A DNA stretch of 32,000 nucleotides. Origin: Candidatus Jordarchaeales archaeon. Its GTDB lineage: Archaea; Asgardarchaeota; Jordiarchaeia; Jordiarchaeales; Freyrarchaeaceae. A program made the position numbers and the translations under genes. The notes beneath the pieces are model-generated. The model ran no database searches, was not told the origin of the DNA, and saw nothing but the letters and a program-made list of their open reading frames with translations. The DNA is taken from the NCBI GenBank assembly GCA_038858525.1, contig JAWCFL010000001.1:30001-62000 (forward strand), written 5' to 3'. Of the stretch, positions 9,247-17,048 are shown piece by piece (positions within the stretch are counted from its first letter, which is position 1; each line of letters starts with the position of its first letter).

Positions 9247-10261
9247 CTTCCTCCTCCACCTTTTCGTTGATGGAGGGGTATAGTTCCACCCAGTTTTTTC
9301 GCCCAATCACCACTTCAACCTCATCCGGAGTCAGAACAGGAATAGGAAAGCGGGGCCCATCTTCGATAGCGATCCTAGGGCAAGCTGTCACAACCAAAGC
9401 TTCAACGTCTCCTAAATTCATGAAACGTTCGGGAACAACTTCTCGCATCGCAAACAAATACGCTTCTTTTCCCGAGGAGCGTAAAGCGTCCCTTATACTT
9501 CTCGCTACATTAATGTGAGTCTGACCTGACTTTAATCCGATAATTATGCCGAACCTTTTAGCGTCCTTAGCTTTAGCTACGTGAGTATATCTTTCAAGAA
9601 GGAGACGTCTTACGTTTGGTGTCACATCGCGTACCTCGCCTGTGTATGGATCCAGGGAAATAACTCGTTTACCAGTAAAAAGGGCGACGCCAACAGCGTG
9701 AAAAAGACCGCCACCTATGAAGAAGGTGGTGTCAGCGTCTGGCGAGAAGGCATTGGAGTAGTCGCATCCTAAAACTTGTCCGGGATATGGGGCTCTCTTA
9801 CTATCTGACTTAAGAGTCACGCTGACGCCGGCATCCTCAAGCGCTTTTTTAACAAGTGGAAGCGTCTTAACATGCTGCACCGTTGACGTGAGAATTAGAC
9901 GTTTCAATCCTAAACTCAACGCGGCTTTAACTGCTTGCTCTGCGATTTCTCGCTTTGAAAAACATTCAACGAACAGTGCTGGAACCTTGGTTTGAGTAGG
10001 CCAAGGTGCATGTCCAAAATGAATGAGTAGGTCTGATCTAAGTGTTAAAGCTTCAGAGTCCGCTAGGTCGCATGCTCCCCAACACGGGTCAAGGGACGTC
10101 ACTGCTTCTACTCCTGCCTGCTCCTCTATTAGTGACGCTATTCGAGTAACATAGGGAAGAAGACCTTCAGGAAATTGAAGAAGAATACGTCTAGCATTCC
10201 TTGCTTTTACCTCCGAGATTATTTTTTCAATTTCAAAGGTAAGGTCGCCCATAGTCACCAT
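9239..10261 (-). CDS. dph2: Diphthamide biosynthesis radical-SAM enzyme Dph2
   Basis: 340 aa; LQFPEGL, CWGACD, HFGH, GQVLGCD, TACPRIAIED: three Fe-S cysteines of Dph1/Dph2. Confidence 0.94.
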   Translation of the reverse strand: MVTMGDLTFEIEKIISEVKARNARRILLQFPEGLLPYVTRIASLIEEQAGVEAVTSLDPCWGACDLADSEALTLRSDLLIHFGHAPWPTQTKVPALFVECFSKREIAEQAVKAALSLGLKRLILTSTVQHVKTLPLVKKALEDAGVSVTLKSDSKRAPYPGQVLGCDYSNAFSPDADTTFFIGGGLFHAVGVALFTGKRVISLDPYTGEVRDVTPNVRRLLLERYTHVAKAKDAKRFGIIIGLKSGQTHINVARSIRDALRSSGKEAYLFAMREVVPERFMNLGDVEALVVTACPRIAIEDGPRFPIPVLTPDEVEVVIGRKNWVELYPSINEKVEEEDG

Positions 10262-10365
10262 CGAGAAAACCGTCCAAAAATGCTTTTACATGAAAACTTG
10301 TAATGAGAGGAAATATTTTTCTTTGGTTAGAAAGAGAGGTGAAGGTGCTTTTCGAGGAAGAGGTG

Positions 10366-11607
10366 ATGAAGGTGAGTAGGATCAGGGATGTTAAAGCGCG
10401 AAGAATAATTGACTCAAGGGGAAACGCTACAATAGAAGTAATTGTTTATGCCGGAGATGTTGCCGTTAGTGCATGCGCCCCGTCAGGAGCAAGTGTTGGA
10501 CGACATGAGGCGCAAGCATTTCCTAAAGGAGGGGTAGAGGAGTCCATCAGGATGATTGAGGCATTATCACGTGTCCTGAAGGGAATGAGTGTTGAGGACC
10601 AGGAATCAGTAGATAAGGCGATCCGTGAGTTCGATGGTACAGGGAATCTTAGCAGGGTTGGCGGTAACGCGGCCATAGCTCTTTCGGTTGCTGTGGCAAA
10701 AGCTGCAGCAGCAATCAAAGGCGTTCCTCTTTGTAGATGCTTCAGCGACCGACTAGAAGCGCCATTCCCCTTAAGCAACATTATAGGAGGAGGGGTTCAC
10801 ACTAGAGGTGATTCTATAGACTTTCAAGAGTTTTTAGTTTTACCGGTTGGCGCTAAGAGTTTTGGTGAAGCGGCCAAAATAAACGTGATGGTTCACAGAG
10901 AAGTTTCCCGCATTTTAACGGAGCGATTCCCAAAATATGTGTTTGGGAGGAACGATGAGGGAGCCTGGGCGGCTCCATTAACCATAAGAGAGGCCCTTGA
11001 AGTCCTTTCCTCAGCAGTGCAGAGAGTTGAGGGCGAAGTGGGCGTTAAGATCCGGGTTGGAGTGGATGCCGCGGCTTCAAGCATCTGGAATGAGAAGAGG
11101 AATATGTATGTTTATAGAAAAGAGGGGTTCGAAAAGACGATTGAACAGCAGCTAGAATATGTTTCATCATTAATCGAGGACTACGGTGTGGCTTACTTTG
11201 AAGACCCGTTTAATGAGGAGGACTTTGACTCATTTGCAAAGTTGAAAGCGTCTCTGGGAAGAAAGTGTATAGTCACAGGAGACGACTTGACCGTGACTAA
11301 CAGAGAAAGAATAAGGAAGGCTGTGGAGAAGGACGCTATTAATGGAGTAATAATAAAGCCAAATCAGATAGGAACACTTACAGATACCAAGATGGCAGTT
11401 GAACTTGCTTCCTCAAGGAAAATAGTTCCAATAGCTTCTCATAGGTCGGGTGAAACATGTGACCCGGCATTAGCTCACATAGCGGTAGGTATGAGGTGCC
11501 CTATCATTAAAATAGGAATAATGGGAGGCGAAAGAATGGCAAAGATAAACGAGATCATAAGAATCGAAGAGGAACTGAGAATTAGGATGGCAAATCCTCC
11601 CATTTGA
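10366..11607 (+). CDS. eno: Enolase
   Basis: DSRGNATIEV, APSGASVG, NIIGGGVH, QEF, NDEGA, EDPF, GDDLTVTN, IKPNQIGT, SHRSGET. Real start likely ATG 10366 or GTG 10372 (GAGGTGA SD at 10360-10366) rather than 10303. Confidence 0.96.
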   Translation: MKVSRIRDVKARRIIDSRGNATIEVIVYAGDVAVSACAPSGASVGRHEAQAFPKGGVEESIRMIEALSRVLKGMSVEDQESVDKAIREFDGTGNLSRVGGNAAIALSVAVAKAAAAIKGVPLCRCFSDRLEAPFPLSNIIGGGVHTRGDSIDFQEFLVLPVGAKSFGEAAKINVMVHREVSRILTERFPKYVFGRNDEGAWAAPLTIREALEVLSSAVQRVEGEVGVKIRVGVDAAASSIWNEKRNMYVYRKEGFEKTIEQQLEYVSSLIEDYGVAYFEDPFNEEDFDSFAKLKASLGRKCIVTGDDLTVTNRERIRKAVEKDAINGVIIKPNQIGTLTDTKMAVELASSRKIVPIASHRSGETCDPALAHIAVGMRCPIIKIGIMGGERMAKINEIIRIEEELRIRMANPPI

Positions 11608-11608
11608 C

Positions 11609-12067
11609 ATGGAGGGATATAATATTTTCAATGAGATAGCGGAATTCATAGAAACAAGATATGCTAACGCACGTAAAATAATTGAAGTGGGGTTTGGAGG
11701 GCGGACAGAGACAGCGATTAAATTGGCGAAAAAAATTAATGCAGAGATAATTTTGACAGATGTAAATCCAGATTTCTTAAATACAGAGTTAAATGCAGAG
11801 CTTAAAGGTAGTATCAGAGTAGTTATAGATGACATATTCAATCCAAACTGGAAGTTATATGAAAAAGCGAATTTAATATATGCGATAAGGCCAAACCCTG
11901 AATTACAAAAACAGATAATTGATGTAGCCTCTAAATCAGGGGCGGATGCGCTTCTTAAAGTCCTAAGCGATGAATGGCCTGAAACAGAGAACATGAACAT
12001 GAAACATGAGGTAATTAACTATAAAGGGGTCATACTTCATTTTTTCGTAAACACTAAGCGCCATTAA
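11609..12067 (+). CDS. UPF0146 family protein
   Basis: 152 aa; KIIEVGFG, LTDVN, DDIFNPNWKLYEKANLIYAIRP.PEL pattern typical of archaeal UPF0146; starts one base after the eno stop. Confidence 0.8.
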   Translation: MEGYNIFNEIAEFIETRYANARKIIEVGFGGRTETAIKLAKKINAEIILTDVNPDFLNTELNAELKGSIRVVIDDIFNPNWKLYEKANLIYAIRPNPELQKQIIDVASKSGADALLKVLSDEWPETENMNMKHEVINYKGVILHFFVNTKRH

Positions 12068-12212
12068 AAATAAAGAAAGAAAAACAGAGAGTAAAGAAAC
12101 AATAGATGAAACAATAGATAGATAGTCGTTATAGAGTGAAAGTTTAACTACGAAAAGAGTTTTTCATTATGTAAAGAAAAATTTTACCTAATAAATATTA
12201 CGCAAAGAAGCC

Positions 12213-12220
12213 TTTATAAA
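12213..12220 (+). promoter_or_regulatory. TATA box of ppsA
   Basis: TTTATAAA preceded by purine-rich AAAGAAG (BRE-like), 47 nt before the TTG start; SD GGTGG at 12258-12262. Confidence 0.6.
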
Positions 12221-12266
12221 GAATCATAAAAAAACTCTTTAACCAAGGTTAAACGGTGGTGGCACT

Positions 12267-14692
12267 TTGTCAAGGAATGAGAAAATCGTGCTCTGGTTTG
12301 AGGAGATAGGAAAGGAGGACGTTGCGCTTGTAGGCGGGAAATGCGCAAACCTTGGGGAAATGATCACAAAGGCTAAGGTGCCTGTACCTCCGGGGTTTGC
12401 GGTGACGACGTATGCATATAAACGATTCATAAAGGAGACCAAGATAATGGACAAGATCTTCAGCAAACTCAGGGAAATTGACGTTAGAGATTTGAAGCAA
12501 CTGGAAGAGGCGTCTAGAGAAATAAGGAAGCTTATTGAGGGGACTAAGGTTCCAGAAGACATACAGTCAGCTATATTAAGTGCTTATGATGATTTAGCAA
12601 GAAGAGTTGGCAGAGAGCCGCTTGTAGCTGTCCGTTCTAGCGCGTCGGCAGAGGATAGAGACAGGGTCTCCCTCTCTTGCCGGGCGCTAGTTTTGCCGGG
12701 CAGCAAGATACTTTCCTGAATGTCTCTAAAGGTGAGCTTGTAGAGAGTGTAAGGCGTTGCTGGAGTAGCCTATTTACTCCTAGAGCGATAGCATATAGAG
12801 AGGAGAAGGGGTTTAGACATGAGGACGTGTCAATAGGGGTTGCCGTTCAGGAGATGGTTGACGCGAAAGCTGCGGGAGTTATGTTTAGCATACACCCAGT
12901 TACAGGGGATAAAAACAGAATTCTTATAGAGGCCAGCTGGGGACTTGGTGAGGCCGTAGTAAGTGGGGCTGTGACCCCTGACACATACATAGTAGATAAA
13001 AAAACTTTTGAAATTCTCGAAAAACAAATTGCAACTAAAAAAGTGGAGCATATAAGGGATCCTAAAACTGGAAAGACGATACATGTGGAGGTCCCGAAGG
13101 AGAGGCAAAACGTTCCAGCCTTAACGGATGAAGAAATAAAGGCGCTGGCGAGATACGCCCGCCAGATAGAGCAGCATTATGGTACGCCGCAGGACATGGA
13201 GTGGGCTATTGACAAAGACGGGAGGATATTTATACTCCAAGCAAGGCCAGAAACAGTTCACTCGACGGGATCAGCCATAGTGGAGCAACGATTAGTGGAG
13301 GAAAAGGAGGGGGAAGTGCTGGTGAGGGGATTGCCTGTTTCACCAGGAGTAGGGGCAGGGAAAGTCAAGGTAATCCTTAACGTTAAGGACATTGACAAGG
13401 TCAAAGAGGGGGATGTGCTTGTCACTAAGATGACTACACCTGACTGGGTTCCAGCCATGAAGAGGGCGGCAGCAATAGTTACGGATGAGGGAGGATACAC
13501 TTGTCATGCAGCTATAGTGTCACGCGAGCTTGGCGTCCCATGTGTTGTTGGGACTGGAAACGCGACAGAGGTGCTGGTGAATGTTGATGCTGTGACTGTT
13601 GATGGTGGAAAAGGATTAGTGTATCGCGGGATAATTAAAGCTGCTAAGGAGGAAGAATTTAGAGCTCCGGCTGTCGTTGAAGCTCAGATGATGATTCCGA
13701 CTGCTACGAAGATATACGTTAACCTCTCAATACCAGAAATCGCTGATAAGGTTGCAAGGGAGACAATGGCTGATGGAGTTGGGCTTCTCAGAGCGGAGCA
13801 CATGATGGTGACCATAGGCAAGCATCCTCGGAAGCTTATAGAGGAAGGTGGAGAAAACCTAATGGTTGAAAAATTCGCAGAGGGAATACGGAAAGTTGCA
13901 GAAGCGTTCTACCCGGGACCTGTAGTTTACAGGTTCTTAGACTTTAAGCCGGACGAGTTCCTAGCCTTAGAAGGAGGGGAAAAATACGAGCTAGAGGCGG
14001 GGCACGTTGGTCCAAATCCCATGATAGGATACAGAGGCCAGTACAGGTACGTTAAGGAGCCAGATATATTCAGGTTGGAGTGCAGAGCTGTAAAGAAGGT
14101 TAGGGACGAGTTTGGGCTGAAAAACGTGTGGGTTATGGTTCCCTTTGTCAGCACAGTAGAGGTCTTCAGAGAAGTAAAAAGGATAATGAAAGAAGAAGGG
14201 CTTGACAGGGAGAAGGATCCGGACTTTAAACTGTGGATAATGGTTGAGGTGCCAAGCAGCGTCTTTCTTATAGATAAGTTCTGCGAGGAGGGCATAGATG
14301 GGGTTTCCTTCGGCACTAACGACCTTACAATGCTGGTGCTAGGAGTTGATAGGAACGACGCAGCTGTCCAGGAACTCTACGACGAACGCAACTTAGCAGT
14401 TCTTAGAGCAATAGCGTACACGATAAAGATATGCGAAAAATATGGAGTCACTACATCCATATGTGGGCAAGCTCCCAGTGTTTACCCAGACTACTTAGAG
14501 TTTCTAGTGAGAATGGGCGCTACCTCGATAAGTGTAAATCCAGATGCTGTGAAGCGAACACGTGAGATGGTGGCAAGAATAGAGCAGAAGATCATGATGG
14601 AAAAAGCGCTGAACGTGAAGCCCAGAATCAAAATAGGAAAAAGTTTTCTTGAAGAGGTGGCGTTCTGGAAATTGATAGACGATGAGGCATGA
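12267..14692 (+). CDS. ppsA: Phosphoenolpyruvate synthase (pyruvate,water dikinase), two exons 12267-12656 and 12677-14692; 801 aa after splicing
   Basis: Exon 1 ends VAVRSSASAED, exon 2 begins LPGASFAGQQDTFLNV; joined they give the conserved RSSAxAEDLPxASFAGQ motif. Also GGKCANLGEM, QARPETV, phospho-His motif TCHAAIVSRELG, FGTNDLT, SICGQAPS. 2426-20 = 2406 nt = 802 codons. Confidence 0.95.
12657..12676 (+). other. Candidate mRNA intron with canonical bulge-helix-bulge motif
   Basis: AGAGACAGGGTCTCCCTCTC. Outer helix CGGCA(12646-50)/TGCCG(12678-82); central 4 bp GAGG(12651-54)/CCTC(12671-74); bulges ATA(12655-57) and TCT(12675-77); inner helix GAGAC/GTCTC with AGG loop. Cuts after the 2nd nt of each bulge fall exactly at the frame-restoring boundaries. 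Confidence 0.9.
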
Positions 14693-14702
14693 TGCGCCTA
14701 CT

Positions 14703-14734
14703 CTTTTTATCGCTTTTTTCCTTTGAAGTAATAA
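14703..14734 (+). terminator. Oligo-T terminator region after ppsA
   Basis: CTTTTTATCGCTTTTTTCCTTTG shortly after the ppsA stop; archaeal U-tract type. Confidence 0.5.
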
Positions 14735-14831
14735 ATCGAGAGGTAAGAGAGCTATCCGGGTTAGCGAAACACTTTAAAAAACATCGTGCTAATTTTCAAT
14801 TAGCCTTTAACCATATTAGGGGAGTGACATT

Positions 14832-16232
14832 ATATCAACGCAGAAGTATTACCGCACAATATCTGAGATTGCGGGGCCGCTTATTATAGTAAGCGGCGTA
14901 AAAGATGTGGCTTACAATGAAGTTGTCCTCATTGAACTACCCAACGGAGAGACGAGAAGAGGGACAGTCCTAGAGGTCGGTTTAGGCAAGGCGGTGGTTC
15001 AAGTATTCGAAGGGACAAGAGGAATTGATGCGAAGGATACTACTGTTAGGTTTACTGGGGAGACGATGAAGCTACCAGTTTCAATAGACATGATGGGGCG
15101 AATATTCAGTGGGTCGGGAGACCCGATAGATGGCGGTCCACCGATAATTCCTGAAGACGAGCTAGACATACATGGCTACCCACTTAACCCATATGCAAGG
15201 GAATACCCAAGAGAGTTCATTCAAACGGGTTTAAGCGTAATAGATGGATTGAACTCCTTGGTCAGGGGGCAGAAACTACCAATATTTTCAGGGGCAGGGC
15301 TACCTCACAACAGGATAGCAGTTCAAATCGCTAGGCAAGCAAAGGTTTTAGGGAAGGAGGAGGAGTTCGCCGTCGTCTTTGCTGCAATGGGTATAACGGC
15401 GGAGGAGGCAAGGTTCTTCAGAGCAGACTTCGAAAGAACAGGGGCACTAGAGAGAGTTGTTCTCTTTATGAATCTTGCAGACGACCCTGCGATTGAGAGA
15501 ATAATAACTCCACGTGTAGCCTTAACAGCGGCAGAGTACTTAGCATATGAGCATGACATGCACATTCTCGTGATACTTACAGACATGACAAATTATGCTG
15601 AAGCTCTGAGGGAGATAAGTGCTGCAAGGGAAGAAGTTCCGGGAAGAAGAGGATACCCAGGTTACCTTTACACTGACCTCGCAACTATATATGAAAGAGC
15701 TGGACGCATAAGGGGAAGGAAGGGAACGATAACGCAGATGCCAATTTTGACAATGCCTAATGACGACATCACTCATCCGATCCCAGACCTCACCGGATAC
15801 ATTACCGAGGGGCAACTAATAGTTGACAGAGGACTCCACAGAAAGGGAATATACCCGCCCATTGATCCTAGACCAAGCTTGAGTAGGCTTATGAAGGAAG
15901 GTATAGGAAAGGGAAGAACTAGGAAGGACCACAGAGAGGTCAGCGACCAGTTATATTACGCTTACAGTGAGGCTGTTGACCTTAGAGCGCTGGTAGCTGT
16001 CGTCGGTGAAGAAGCACTCCTCCCAAGAGACAGGAAATACTTAGAGTTCGGAGACCTCTTCGAAAGAAGATTCATAAATCAAGGGGAATATGAAGAACGC
16101 AGTATAGAAGAAACACTAGACCTCGGATGGGAACTACTAAGTATGTTTCCTGAAGGAGAACTAAAAAGAATAGACCCAGAAACCATCAATTGGGCGAAGC
16201 AAGAAGGAAAGTATACGTTTACTGGCGAGTAA
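14832..16232 (+). CDS. atpB: A/V-type ATP synthase subunit B; probable non-canonical ATA start (466 aa)
   Basis: Track ORF (GTG 14907) extends in frame to [27 protein letters not shown], the conserved N-terminus; in-frame TAG at 14817-19; SD GGGAGTGA ends 4 nt before ATA 14832. Body: [52 protein letters not shown]. Confidence 0.95.
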   Translation: MSTQKYYRTISEIAGPLIIVSGVKDVAYNEVVLIELPNGETRRGTVLEVGLGKAVVQVFEGTRGIDAKDTTVRFTGETMKLPVSIDMMGRIFSGSGDPIDGGPPIIPEDELDIHGYPLNPYAREYPREFIQTGLSVIDGLNSLVRGQKLPIFSGAGLPHNRIAVQIARQAKVLGKEEEFAVVFAAMGITAEEARFFRADFERTGALERVVLFMNLADDPAIERIITPRVALTAAEYLAYEHDMHILVILTDMTNYAEALREISAAREEVPGRRGYPGYLYTDLATIYERAGRIRGRKGTITQMPILTMPNDDITHPIPDLTGYITEGQLIVDRGLHRKGIYPPIDPRPSLSRLMKEGIGKGRTRKDHREVSDQLYYAYSEAVDLRALVAVVGEEALLPRDRKYLEFGDLFERRFINQGEYEERSIEETLDLGWELLSMFPEGELKRIDPETINWAKQEGKYTFTGE

Positions 16233-16242
16233 AAGAGCATCT

Positions 16243-16285
16243 TCATTTTTACTATTTTCTTTTAATTTTACAGTTAATTCTTTAA
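16243..16285. terminator. T/A-rich region between convergent atpB and DC2-like gene
   Basis: Several T runs on + (TTTTTACTATTTTCTTTTAATTTT) right after the atpB stop. Confidence 0.45.
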
Positions 16286-16341
16286 TAAATGTTAGATTTT
16301 CTGAGAGGAATTTGAAGAATTGTATTAGAAAAAGGGAATTA

Positions 16342-16776
16342 TTATGCTGCTCGGAAAAGCCAAGGTGCTTTTTGTATTAGCATCCAGTGGAGGAATATTA
16401 CTGATATTATAGTTAGAATTAATCCAACTGCTAGTAGTTTCGTGGCGTAGCTTGGATTATACACGTTCTTTGTGGCCTCATAGGCGAGGGTGATCCCTAT
16501 GAATCCGATAAATATTAGGATCGCTACAGCGATTCCTTCTGTTAAATATTGGTCTTGAAAGTTTGTGTTTATGAAGCCGAAGCTTATTTGGGAAGGATTT
16601 AGCATGAGATGAATCCCGCCGCTGAGAACAAACAGAGAGAAAACTACGAAAGCTGCGGCAAGAAGTATGTTTGGTGGATTACGTAGCCAAGTTATCCTCT
16701 TTGTTACCGTTTTCCTCGTCTTTGTTACCGTTTTCCGTAGCCACGCTACAATTTTCGCTGATGCTTTTCTGGACAG
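16342..16776 (-). CDS. OST3/OST6-family, DC2/OSTC-like oligosaccharyltransferase accessory subunit (3 TM); probable CTG start (144 aa)
   Basis: Track ORF (16605) extends in frame to CTG 16776 behind CAGGAGGG. Sequence MSRKASAK...NPPNILLAAAFVVFSLFVLSGGIHLMLNP..FGFINTNFQDQYLTEGIAVAILIFIGFIG..LLAVGLILTII..QKAPWL recalls DC2/OSTC motifs (GGIIYD..F....NGQYIMEG..KLPGYL); comparison by eye from memory. Confidence 0.72.
   Translation of the reverse strand: MSRKASAKIVAWLRKTVTKTRKTVTKRITWLRNPPNILLAAAFVVFSLFVLSGGIHLMLNPSQISFGFINTNFQDQYLTEGIAVAILIFIGFIGITLAYEATKNVYNPSYATKLLAVGLILTIISVIFLHWMLIQKAPWLFRAA
16698..16736. repeat. Tandem duplication, 18-bp unit at 21-bp period (RKTVTKT RKTVTKR)
   Basis: TCTTTGTTACCGTTTTCC at 16698-16715 and 16719-16736. 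Confidence 0.9.
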
Positions 16777-16821
16777 CTTCTTCCCTCCTGAAAAGCTATC
16801 TGTTAATGTAAGTTAAAGTTT

Positions 16822-17046
16822 TTAGTTTTTCTGTTTTTCGATCAGGTCTTTTGCAACTTCTTTGGCCCATTGCCCGGTGTTCTTATTTTCCATTATTTTT
16901 TGCAAGTATTCTTGCCAACTGATTTGAAGAGCGTCTTTCCAGTATTGATACTGCTTTTTTAGGTTTTCATATGCTAACTGATGATTTTCGCAATAAGATC
17001 CATTTCTAGAAGTTCTTTCTCCGCAGATCGGGCATTTTCCTGACAT
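16822..17046 (-). CDS. Small conserved-looking hypothetical protein with N-terminal CxxC...CxxH Zn finger (74 aa)
   Basis: ATG 17046 lies 2 nt after the topA stop; CPIC-x8-CENH then an amphipathic helical region (AYENLKKQYQYWKDAL..WQEYL..GQWAKEV). Confidence 0.7.
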   Translation of the reverse strand: MSGKCPICGERTSRNGSYCENHQLAYENLKKQYQYWKDALQISWQEYLQKIMENKNTGQWAKEVAKDLIEKQKN

Positions 17047-17048
17047 TT

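Noticed and set aside
12096-12125. GAAACAATAGAT x2 followed by AGATAG
   Set aside because: Only two copies with no spacers; a simple slippage duplication in an intergenic A-rich tract, not CRISPR.
12267-14692. ppsA as a frameshifted pseudogene, two separate genes, or a programmed ribosomal frameshift
   Set aside because: The break is a clean 20-nt insert with BHB geometry matching the frame-restoring boundaries; both parts are intact; there is no slippery heptamer and no SD before TTG 12677; a frameshift would leave extra residues in a conserved nucleotide-binding motif.
14689-14889. 66-aa ORF between ppsA and atpB
   Set aside because: Runs over terminator and promoter sequence and overlaps the true atpB N-terminus in another frame.
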